Shown here: piece after piece, positions 1 to 10,100 of the stretch | Layout of the letters: each line of letters begins with the position of its first letter | Numbering within the stretch: the first letter of the stretch is position 1 | Source: Chiloscyllium plagiosum | Lineage: Eukaryota | Length of the DNA stretch: 41,193 nucleotides | Assembly (NCBI RefSeq): GCF_004010195.1 | Contig: NW_025214289.1 | Coordinates: forward strand, 1-41,193 | Reading direction: 5' to 3' | Made by a program: the position numbers and the translations under genes | The notes under the pieces: generated by a model | What the model was told of the DNA's origin: nothing | Database searches by the model: none | What the model saw: only the letters and a program-made list of their open reading frames with translations

Positions 1-221
1 GCTGCCATGCAGTGACATCATTGATCTCGGAACCATTCTGCACACACTGTTTTCCACATCCTTCCCATATTGTACACCATCCTCCAGCTGAGGTCAAACA
101 AGTTCAACACCTTACTCTTTGCCCCGATTAATAAAACAGAGGGCATTGTGAACTGCTCTCTCCACCTGTCCGTCCAGCTTACTCAGGAGAGGCAATGACC
201 CATCAGTATGATCACAAACTT

Positions 222-330
222 TTTAATCCAGACACCCAGGTAATGTTCTGGGTTCAAATCCCACCGCGGCAGGTGGTGGAAACCAAACAATGCAATTTCT
301 TATTACGAGTCGAATGATGACCATGAAACC
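222..330 (+). mobile_element. 5' half of a tRNA-derived SINE (non-HE1 family), split by a CR1 insertion
   Basis: B-box-like GGGTTCAAATCCC at ~250-262, then ...AATGATGACCATGAAACC. The sequence I recall for this repeat family continues at ~1897 (CCATCTGGTTCACTAATGTC...). Confidence 0.6.
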
Positions 331-1890
331 AAAAAGTTATTCCCTTGTTCAAGAAAGCAAATAGGGATAATTCTGAAAATTGCAGACCAGGAGAAAGTGA
401 GGTCTGCAGATGCTGGAGATCAGAGCTGAAAATGTGTTGCTGGAAAAGCGCAGCAGGTCAGGCAGCATCCAAGGAACAGGAACATTCCTGAAGAAGGGCT
501 TATGCCCAAAACATCAATTCTCCTGTTCCTTGGATGTTGCCTCACCTGCTGCGCTTTTCCAGCAACACATTTTTCAAAATTACAGACCAGTCTGTCTCAC
601 GTCTGTGTTGGCGAAGCTTGGAGAAGATTCAGAGACCGGATTTATGATTATTTGGAAAAGCGTAGTTTGATTAGAGATAGTCAGCATGGCTTTGTGTGGG
701 GCAGGTCATGCCTCACAAACCTTATTGAATTCTTTGAGATTGATGAAGGTAGAGCAATGGATGTGGTGTACCTGGATATTAGCAAGGCATTTGATAAGGT
801 TCCCCATGGGAGGCTCATTTAGAAAGTAAGGGGGTATGGGATACAGGGAAATCTGTCTGTCTGGATACAGTATTGGCTGGCCCAGAGAAAACAGAGGGAA
901 AGTATTCAGCCTGGAGCTCGGTAACTAGTGGGGTTCCACAGGGATGGGTTCTGGGACCTCTGTGCTTTGTGATCTTTATAAATGACTCTGATGAGGAAGT
1001 GGGAGGGTGGGTTAGTGAGTTTGCCAATGACACGAAGGTGGGTGGAGTTGTGGATAGTGTGGAGGGCTGTTGTAGGCTGCACCGGGACATTGACAGGATG
1101 CAGAGCTGGGACTTCAACCTGGAAAAGTGTGAAGTGATTCACTTTGGAAGGTTGAGTTTGAATACAGATTAGGGTTAAAGGCAGGATTCTTGGCAGTGTG
1201 GAGGAACAGAGGGATCTTGGGGTCCATGTCCATAGATCCCTCAAAGTTGCCACCCAAGTTGATATGGTTGTTAAGAAGGTGTATGGTGTGTTGGCTTTCA
1301 TTAACAGGGGGATTGAGTTTAAGAGCCGCGAGGTTATGCTGCAGCTCTATAGAGCCCTGGTTAGACCACACGTGGAATATTGTGTCCAGCTCTGGTTACC
1401 TCATTATAGGAAGGATCTGGAAGGTTTAGAGAAGGTGCAGAGGAGATTTCCCAGGATGCTGCCTGGACTGGAGGGTGTGTCTTATGAAGAAAGGTTGAGG
1501 GAGCTAGGGGTTTCTCGTTGGAGTGAAGAAGGATGAGAGGTGACTTGATAGAGGTGTACAAGATGGTGAGTGGCATAGACAGAGTGGGTAGGCAGAGACT
1601 TTTTCCCAGGATGGAAATGGTTATCACGAGGGGGGTATAATTTTAATGTGATTGGAGGAAGGTTTAGGGGAGATGTCAGAGGGAGGTTCTCTACACAGAG
1701 AGTGGGGGGGTGTGTGGAATGGACTGCCAGTGGTGGGAGTAGAGACAGAGACATTAGGGACATTTAAGCGACTCTTGGATAGGCACATGGGCGATAGTAA
1801 AATGTAGAGTATGGGAGGTTAATTTGATCTTAGAGTAGGATGAAAGGTCAGAACAACATTGAGGGCCGAAGGGTCTGCACTGTTCGATAT
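331..1890 (+). mobile_element. 5'-truncated CR1/HER1-type LINE, ORF2 RT region and 3' tail, degenerate (interrupted at 391-575)
   Basis: Translated motifs [79 protein letters not shown]; 3' tail GGGCCGAAGGGTCTG; stops and frameshifts. Confidence 0.93.
391..575 (+). mobile_element. Short Penelope-derived fold-back element with a hammerhead-like core (copy 1)
   Basis: 53-bp inverted arms 429-481/521-573 (2 differences). The loop contains CTGAAGA-AGGGC-TTAT-GCCC-AAAACATC. Flanking 15-bp TSD AAAATT(G/A)CAGACCAG at 376-390 and 576-590. Confidence 0.85.
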
Positions 1891-1896
1891 TCATTT

Positions 1897-2062
1897 TGAG
1901 AAAATTCCATCTGGTTCACTAATGTCTGTCAGGGGAGTAAATCTGCCATCCTTATCTGGTCTGCCATACAGGGGACTCCAGACCCAGAGGGATGTGGTTG
2001 ACGACTGGCCTCGGAGGAATAAATGCTGACCCACCCATCAATGCTCACAGCTTGTGAGTGAA
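1897..2062 (+). mobile_element. 3' half of the split SINE
   Basis: CCATCTGGTTCACTAATGTC...AAATCTGCCATCCTTATCTGGTCTG...GACTCCAGACCC...AATAAATGCTG, the expected continuation of 222-330. Confidence 0.6.
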
Positions 2063-2314
2063 GAGGTTTGAATTTGGACTCGGTACTGAGATTAAACAGG
2101 GAGATGTCAAAGTGGTCATCTTGGAAACTAGGAAAGCTTTGCAATGATGTGTCCAAGGGTGTGGGACAAGACTTAGACAGCACCTTCAGTCAGAGCTTCC
2201 AGGCACAAACCATCTCCAACAGGTGTCTCTAACCAGCACTGGGTTACTGGAAACCCCATTAACCAGCACCAAGGGGTTATTACCGTTGACCAGAAACAGT
2301 GATTATAAACCAGA

Positions 2315-2930
2315 AAGTCAAAGCAGAGGTCAGCTGTTCAGCCCATCAATTCTGCTAAGCCCTTCGAGGAGGTCATGGCTGAATTTATAATCCTCAACTC
2401 TACTGTGCTGCCTTTTCCCAATAACCAGAGATTTCTTTACCGATTAAATATATTCAAAGCCAAGATGGATTTTTAATGATGCAGCTTTAATACCAGTCTG
2501 CAGCGAAGTTTCACTCCCCTCAGAAATTACTCTCCTCTAAACTGGGTCAGCCATTAGTCTGCAATCCAGTAGGATTCCCTAGACTCACCCATAAGGCGAA
2601 ACCATCTCTCTGCATTTACCTCGTCAAGTCTTCCCCTCAAAAGTATCTTTTATCTTTCAATAAGATCTCTCATTCTGCAAACTCCCCTGAACACAGGTCC
2701 AACATTACTCAACCTCTCCTTATTCCTGAAGAAGGACTTTTGACCGAAACGTTGATTTTCCTGCTCCTCGGATGCTGCCTGACCTGCTGTGCTTTTCCAG
2801 CCCCACTCTAATCTCAGCTCTCCTCATGAGAAGGTCCATCCAAACCCAGTATTAGCCAAGTGATCCTCCAATATTTTTCCTTCGATAAGTAATGCAAGAC
2901 TGTTCACAGTATGCCAGATGTGGTCTGATT
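2315..2930 (-). mobile_element. Older CR1 LINE, 3' part
   Basis: Reverse complement of CR1 3' tail and ORF2 C-terminal sequence (TTCAGCCCATC, ATGGCTGA, CCAGATGTGGTCTGA = antisense of the VRPHL motif); resumes at ~5660. Confidence 0.7.
2722..2817 (+). mobile_element. Penelope pseudo-LTR fragment with a hammerhead-like core (copy 4, no inverted arm)
   Basis: ATTCCTGAAGAAGGACTTTTGACCGAAACGTTGATTTTCCTGCTCCTCGGATGCTGCCTGACCTGCTG, homologous to 484-575; short CTCTCCT repeat on both sides. Confidence 0.75.
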
Positions 2931-2934
2931 GGTG

Positions 2935-5655
2935 AGAAAGACGTACAGCATGCAAACATAACCTGTCCATGCTGACCAGATATCCTAAATTAATCTAGTC
3001 CCATTTACCAGCACTTCCCCATTTCACATACCATCCTCTATATGAAAACGTTGTCCCTTATAAATCATTCCTCTCTCACCCTAAACCTATTCCCTGCAAG
3101 TTTGGGCTCCACCACTCCATGGAAAAGACTTTGTCTCTTTACCCTATCCATGCCCCAGAATTTTGTAAATGCTCCAGGGAAAACAGCCCCAGCCTGTTCA
3201 GCCTCTCCCTATAGCTCAGATCCTCCAACCCTGGCAACATCCTTTGAATCTTGAAAGGGTTCAGAAAGAGATTTATAAAATCCTTCCACTACTCGGGGGA
3301 ACAGAATTGTATACAGTTCTCCAACAGTGGCCTTATCAATGTCCTGTACAGCCGCAACATGATCTCCCAACTCCTGTACTCAATACTCTGACCAATAAAG
3401 GAAAGCATACCAAACGCCTTCTTCACTATCCTATCTACCTGCGACTCCACTTTCAAGGAGCTATGAACCTGCACTCCAAGGTCTCTTTGTTCAGCAACAC
3501 TCCCTCAGACCTTACCATTAAGTGTATAAGTCCTGCTAAGATTTGCTTTCCCAAAATGCAGCACCCCGCATTTATCTAAATTAAACTCCATCTGCCACTT
3601 CTCAACCCATTGGCCCATCTGGTCAAGATCCTGTTGTAATCTGAGGTAACCCTCTTCGCTGTCCACTTCACCTCCAATTTTGGTGTCATCTGCAAATTTA
3701 CTAACTGTATCTCATGCTCACATCCAAATCATTTATGTAAATGACAAAAAGTAGAGGACCCAGCACCGATCCTTGTGGCACTCCACTGGTCACAGGCCTC
3801 CAGTCTGAAAAACAACCCTCCACCACCACCCTCTGTCTTCTACCTTTGAGCCAGTTCTGTATCAAAATGGCTAGTTCTCCCTGTATTCCATGAGGTCTAA
3901 CCTTGCTAATCAGTCTCCCATGGGGAACCTTGTCGAACGCCTTACTGAAGTCCATATAGATCACATCTACCGCTCTGCCCTCATCAATCCTCTTTGTTAC
4001 TTCCTCAAAAAACTCAATCAAGTTTGTGAGACATGATTTCCCACGCTCAAAGCCATGTTGACTATCCCTAATCGGTTCTTGCCTTTCCAAATACATATAC
4101 ATCCTGTCCCTCAGGATTCACTCCAACATCCCCTTAAACAGTGGCACCACGTTAGCCAACCTCCAGTCTTCCGGCACCTCACCTGTGACTATCGATGATA
4201 CAAATATCTCAGCAAGAGGCCCAGCAATCACTTCTCTAGCTTCCCACAGAGTTCTCAGGTACACCTGGTCAGGTCCTGGGGATCTATGTGGGTGGCATGG
4301 TGGCACAGTGGTTAGCACTGCTGCCTCACAGCGCCAGAGACCCGGGTTCAATTCCCGCCTCAGGCAACTGACTGTGTGGAGTTTGCACATTCTCCCCGTG
4401 TCTGTGTGGGTTTCCTCCGGGGGCTCCGGTTTCCGGAGGTTAGGTGAATTGGCTATGCTTAAATTGTCAGAGGGGAAAGGGGTTTGGGTGGGTTACATTT
4501 TGGAGGGTCAGTGTGGACCTGTTGGGCCAAAGGGCCTGTTTCCACACTGTAGGGAATCTAATCTGTCCACTTTTATGCGTTTCAACACATCCAGCACTTC
4601 CTCCTCTGTAATATGGACATTTTGCAAGATGTCACCATTTATTTCCCTACAGTCTATATCTTCCATATCCTTTTCCACAGTAAATACAAATGCAAAATAT
4701 TCATTGAATATCTCCCCCATCTCCTGTGGCTCCACACAAAGGCCGCCTTGCTGATCTTCGAGGGGCCCTATTCTCTCCCTTTTGTCCTTAATGTATTTAT
4801 AAAATCCTTTTAGATTTTCCTTAATCCCATTTGTCAAAACTATCTCAAATTCTCTTTTTGCCCTCCTGATTTCCCTCTTAAGTATACTCCTACTTCCTTT
4901 ATACTCTAAGGATTCACTCGATCTATCCTGTCTATACCTGACATATGCTTCCTGCTTTTTCTTGACCAAACCCTCAATTTCTTTAGTCATCCAGCATTCC
5001 CCATACCTACCAGCCTTCCCTTTCACCCTGACAGGAATGTACTTTCTCTGGATTCTTGTTATCTCATTTCTGAAGGCTTCCCATTTTCCAGCCGTCCCTT
5101 TACCTGCGAACATCTGCCTCCAATCAGCTTTCGAAAGTTCTTGCCTAATATCGTCAAAATTGGCCTTTCTCCAATTTAGAACTTCAACTTTTAGATCTGG
5201 TGTAACCATTTCCATTACGATTTTAAAACGAATGGAATTATGGTCACTGGCCCCAAAGTGCTCCCCCACTGACACCTCACTCCCCTGCCTTGCCTTATTT
5301 CCCAAGAGTAGGTCAAGTTTTGCACCTTCTCTAGTAGGTACATCCACATACTGAATCAGAAAATTGTCTTGTACACACTTAACAAATTCCTCTCCATCCA
5401 AACCTTTAACACTATGGCCGTCCCAGTCGATGTTAGGAAAGTTAAAACCCCCGACCATAACCACCCTATTATTCTTTCAGATAGCTGAGATCTCCTTACA
5501 AGTTTGTTTCTCAGTTTCCCTCTGACTATTGGGAGGGTCTATAATACAATCCCAAAAGTGTGATTGTACCTTCTAATTTCTCAGGTCCCTAAATCACTTC
5601 CCTGGATGTATTCCCAGGAATATCCTTCATAAGTACAGCGATAATGTCCAACAGA
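2935..5655 (-). mobile_element. CR1/HER1 LINE, 5'-truncated: endonuclease C-terminus, RT and 3' tail; relatively young
   Basis: ORF 4508-5464 (GGFNFPNIDW, PTREGAKLDLLLGN, SDHNSI = APE endonuclease), ORF 3701-4102 ([31 protein letters not shown]), ORF 3289-3474. Interrupted by an HE1 SINE. Confidence 0.95.
4290..4564 (+). mobile_element. HE1-type V-SINE inserted in the CR1
   Basis: tRNA-like head GGTGGCACAGTGGTTAGCACTGCTGCCTCACAGCGCCAGAGACCCGGGTTCAATTCCC, V-domain TGTGTGGAGTTTGCACATTCTCCCCGTGTCT, LINE-like tail GGGCCTGTTTCCACACTGTAGGGAATCTAATCT. Confidence 0.92.
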
Positions 5656-5659
5656 AAAG

Positions 5660-6015
5660 TCCCCCTTTGATACTCTGTTCCCTTGGAAAGGAAGGCCCAT
5701 ATTTTGTTTACTGAGTCTATTTCCTGCCCTCCTTGGGCGCAGCCAGCTTTGGGATTTGTGAAGGATCCCCCCCCGCTCCCTCTGTCATCTTTCACCATTT
5801 AAATAATATTCAGCTCCTCTGTTCTTCCTGCCAAAATACAAAATCTCAATTCCACACATTACATTCTACTGCCAAGCTTTTACCCACCACACTGGCTCTG
5901 GTAGGTTCAGACCCCTCAGCCAAGTCCTTCGTATATATTGTGAACAAATGTGGCCTTAGCACTGATCCCCCTGGCATTCCATTAGCTACAGGATTCCATC
6001 CGGAAAATGACTCCT
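5660..6015 (-). mobile_element. Older CR1 LINE, upstream continuation of 2315-2930
   Basis: Antisense RT sequence (GCACTGATCCCCCTGGCATTCCATTAGC, the degenerate counterpart of the GVPQGSVL motif). Confidence 0.65.
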
Positions 6016-6099
6016 TTGGGTGCAGACCTAAGATGTAAGAACTTCACAAGACATCTTCAACAATTTGATCAATTAGATAGAACCAACATTCTCACAATC

Positions 6100-6280
6100 T
6101 GTAGGTTTCTGAATAGTAAGGGGGGTGCGGGGGGGGGGGGGGGGGGGGAAGAAACCAAAGGTTATACAGAGAAGGCAGGAGAATGGGGGCTGCGAAACAT
6201 ATTCAGCCATGATCGAACAGCAGAGCAGATGTGATGGGCCAAATGGCCTCATTCTGCTCCTATACTGTACAGACTTATGA
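6100..6280 (+). mobile_element. CR1 LINE 3' tail fragment with an internal poly-G run
   Basis: AAAGGTTATACAGAGAAGGCAGGAGAATGGGG...AGCCATGATCGAA...GGGCCAAATGGCCTCATTCTGCTCCT; G-run at ~6129-6148. Confidence 0.75.
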
Positions 6281-7094
6281 ATTTGTGAACGTGTTAAGTT
6301 GCCAGGGCAAGTGACTGAAATGATCTGTACTGTAGGTCATACAAGGAAATATAAAATTTCCCTTTGGCCAAGACATTACTGGATTTTATTTCAAAAAGTG
6401 CAGTTGGAATTTCAACACCAAATTACCGTCCAGTAACAGACTTTGTTAGGGCAAGAAATTCAAGCTGGATCAGTGTTTGACCGTGTGAAAGCTGGACTGA
6501 CCACTGCCAGACAGAAGCTATTCAAATGGAGAAACGATATTAACGTCATGGAGGAGGAGCTGGCCCAAGCAATTTGTTTATTTGTCTCAAATTAAATGTG
6601 CATTAGGAGAAATATTGTGTAGAAATACTGAAGCGGGGAGGTCGCTGGAGAGAGAGAGCTAGAAGATCCACACCCTTTCAATCTTCATGGAAGACGTTTG
6701 TCATTCAAATCCAAGATTGGCTAATTCCAGTCTTGTGGGAAATTCAAAAATGTCTTTGAAAGAAACATTTTCATTCCTTCAATGGGGGTGTTGAAATAAG
6801 ATTTATTTCTCGCAGCCTGGAGGATGATGTGAAGACGAAGACGAGTCTGTTCAGAATGGTTATGGGGATAAGTTACCCGCAGTAAGGGGTTCACTTTGTG
6901 GACATTGAGTGCTATGGTTACTCAAGGCTGAGAAATGGTCAGACCTCAGTTTGGTGTCAATGAAATACTTGACACCACTCTCAGTACTGAGAGCAGCAGC
7001 TGTTAAGTCAGTTTACAGATTTACGAGGGATGAGAAGTTACAAATGTTCAAAATCCAGAGTAAAGAATCAGGAAGTAGATGGGAGTTTGGTTAG

Positions 7095-7184
7095 TCAGAG
7101 TCATACTGCACAGACACAGATACTTTAGGCCAAGCAGAACACCATCCCAAATTAAACAAATCCCACCTTCCTGCTCCTGGCCTG
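7095..7184 (-). mobile_element. CR1 LINE 3'-terminal fragment abutting the minisatellite
   Basis: AGAGTCATACTGCACAGACACAGA...CCCAAATTAAACAAATCCCACCTTCCTGCTCCTGGCC resembles the antisense CR1 tails at ~2935-3015 and ~27770-27880. Confidence 0.6.
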
Positions 7185-10100
7185 GACCGGAGGCAGGGTC
7201 TGGGGTGCGCTGACCGGAGGCAGGGTCTGGGGTGCGCTGACCGGAGGCAGGGTCTGGGGGGCGCTGACCGGAGGCAGGGTCTGGGGGGCGCTGACCGGAG
7301 GCAGGGTCTGGGGGGCGCTGACCGGAGGCAGGGTCTGGGGGGCGCTGACCGGAGGCAGGGTCTGGGGGGCGCTGACCGGAGGCAGGGTCTGGGGGGCGCT
7401 GACCGGAGGCAGGGTCTGGGGGGCGCTGACCGGAGGCAGGGTCTGGGGGGCGCTGACCGGAGGCAGGGTCTGGGGGGCGCTGACCGGAGGCAGGGTCTGG
7501 GGGGCGCTGACCGGAGGCAGGGTCTGGGGGGCGCTGACCGGAGGCAGGGTCTGGGGGGCGCTGACCGGAGGCAGGGTCTGGGGGGCGCTGACCGGAGGCA
7601 GGGTCTGGGGGGCGCTGACCGGAGGCAGGGTCTGGGGGGCGCTGACCGGAGGCAGGGTCTGGGGGGCGCTGACCGGAGGCAGGGTCTGGGGGGCGCTGAC
7701 CGGAGGCAGGGTCTGGGGGGCGCTGACCGGAGGCAGGGTCTGGGGGGCGCTGACCGGAGGCAGGGTCTGGGGGGCGCTGACCGGAGGCAGGGTCTGGGGG
7801 GCGCTGACCGGAGGCAGGGTCTGGGGGGCGCTGACCGGAGGCAGGGTCTGGGGGGCGCTGACCGGAGGCAGGGTCTGGGGGGCGCTGACCGGAGGCAGGG
7901 TCTGGGGGGCGCTGACCGGAGGCAGGGTCTGGGGGGCGCTGACCGGAGGCAGGGTCTGGGGGGCGCTGACCGGAGGCAGGGTCTGGGGGGCGCTGACCGG
8001 AGGCAGGGTCTGGGGGGCGCTGACCGGAGGCAGGGTCTGGGGGGCGCTGACCGGAGGCAGGGTCTGGGGGGCGCTGACCGGAGGCAGGGTCTGGGGGGCG
8101 CTGACCGGAGGCAGGGTCTGGGGGGCGCTGACCGGAGGCAGGGTCTGGGGGGCGCTGACCGGAGGCAGGGTCTGGGGGGCGCTGACCGGAGGCAGGGTCT
8201 GGGGGGCGCTGACCGGAGGCAGGGTCTGGGGGGCGCTGACCGGAGGCAGGGTCTGGGGGGCGCTGACCGGAGGCAGGGTCTGGGGGGCGCTGACCGGAGG
8301 CAGGGTCTGGGGGGCGCTGACCGGAGGCAGGGTCTGGGGGGCGCTGACCGGAGGCAGGGTCTGGGGGGCGCTGACCGGAGGCAGGGTCTGGGGGGCGCTG
8401 ACCGGAGGCAGGGTCTGGGGGGCGCTGACCGGAGGCAGGGTCTGGGGGGCGCTGACCGGAGGCAGGGTCTGGGGGGCGCTGACCGGAGGCAGGGTCTGGG
8501 GGGCGCTGACCGGAGGCAGGGTCTGGGGGGCGCTGACCGGAGGCAGGGTCTGGGGGGCGCTGACCGGAGGCAGGGTCTGGGGGGCGCTGACCGGAGGCAG
8601 GGTCTGGGGGGCGCTGACCGGAGGCAGGGTCTGGGGGGCGCTGACCGGAGGCAGGGTCTGGGGGGCGCTGACCGGAGGCAGGGTCTGGGGGGCGCTGACC
8701 GGAGGCAGGGTCTGGGGGGCGCTGACCGGAGGCAGGGTCTGGGGGGCGCTGACCGGAGGCAGGGTCTGGGGGGCGCTGACCGGAGGCAGGGTCTGGGGGG
8801 CGCTGACCGGAGGCAGGGTCTGGGGGGCGCTGACCGGAGGCAGGGTCTGGGGGGCGCTGACCGGAGGCAGGGTCTGGGGGGCGCTGACCGGAGGCAGGGT
8901 CTGGGGGGCGCTGACCGGAGGCAGGGTCTGGGGGGCGCTGACCGGAGGCAGGGTCTGGGGGGCGCTGACCGGAGGCAGGGTCTGGGGGGCGCTGACCGGA
9001 GGCAGGGTCTGGGGGGCGCTGACCGGAGGCAGGGTCTGGGGGGCGCTGACCGGAGGCAGGGTCTGGGGGGCGCTGACCGGAGGCAGGGTCTGGGGGGCGC
9101 TGACCGGAGGCAGGGTCTGGGGGGCGCTGACCGGAGGCAGGGTCTGGGGGGCGCTGACCGGAGGCAGGGTCTGGGGGGCGCTGACCGGAGGCAGGGTCTG
9201 GGGGGCGCTGACCGGAGGCAGGGTCTGGGGGGCGCTGACCGGAGGCAGGGTCTGGGGGGCGCTGACCGGAGGCAGGGTCTGGGGGGCGCTGACCGGAGGC
9301 AGGGTCTGGGGGGCGCTGACCGGAGGCAGGGTCTGGGGGGCGCTGACCGGAGGCAGGGTCTGGGGGGCGCTGACCGGAGGCAGGGTCTGGGGGGCGCTGA
9401 CCGGAGGCAGGGTCTGGGGGGCGCTGACCGGAGGCAGGGTCTGGGGGGCGCTGACCGGAGGCAGGGTCTGGGGGGCGCTGACCGGAGGCAGGGTCTGGGG
9501 GGCGCTGACCGGAGGCAGGGTCTGGGGGGCGCTGACCGGAGGCAGGGTCTGGGGGGCGCTGACCGGAGGCAGGGTCTGGGGGGCGCTGACCGGAGGCAGG
9601 GTCTGGGGGGCGCTGACCGGAGGCAGGGTCTGGGGGGCGCTGACCGGAGGCAGGGTCTGGGGGGCGCTGACCGGAGGCAGGGTCTGGGGGGCGCTGACCG
9701 GAGGCAGGGTCTGGGGGGCGCTGACCGGAGGCAGGGTCTGGGGGGCGCTGACCGGAGGCAGGGTCTGGGGGGCGCTGACCGGAGGCAGGGTCTGGGGGGC
9801 GCTGACCGGAGGCAGGGTCTGGGGGGCGCTGACCGGAGGCAGGGTCTGGGGGGCGCTGACCGGAGGCAGGGTCTGGGGGGCGCTGACCGGAGGCAGGGTC
9901 TGGGGGGCGCTGACCGGAGGCAGGGTCTGGGGGGCGCTGACCGGAGGCAGGGTCTGGGGGGCGCTGACCGGAGGCAGGGTCTGGGGGGCGCTGACCGGAG
10001 GCAGGGTCTGGGGGGCGCTGACCGGAGGCAGGGTCTGGGGGGCGCTGACCGGAGGCAGGGTCTGGGGGGCGCTGACCGGAGGCAGGGTCTGGGGGGCGCT

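Noticed and set aside
1..135. Possible exon end (+ strand ...LTLCPD* followed by AATAAA at 130-135, or a minus-strand exon)
   Set aside because: Several frames are open by chance, no homology is recognisable, and it is truncated by the window edge.
4290..4360. tRNA genes at HE1 heads (also 17123 and 35835)
   Set aside because: The A/B boxes are followed by a V-domain and LINE-like tail, so these are SINEs, not tRNAs.
6330..6600. Protein-like stretch QEIQAGSVFDRVKAG...MEEELAQAI
   Set aside because: No recognisable family, in-frame stops nearby, and no convincing splice pair.
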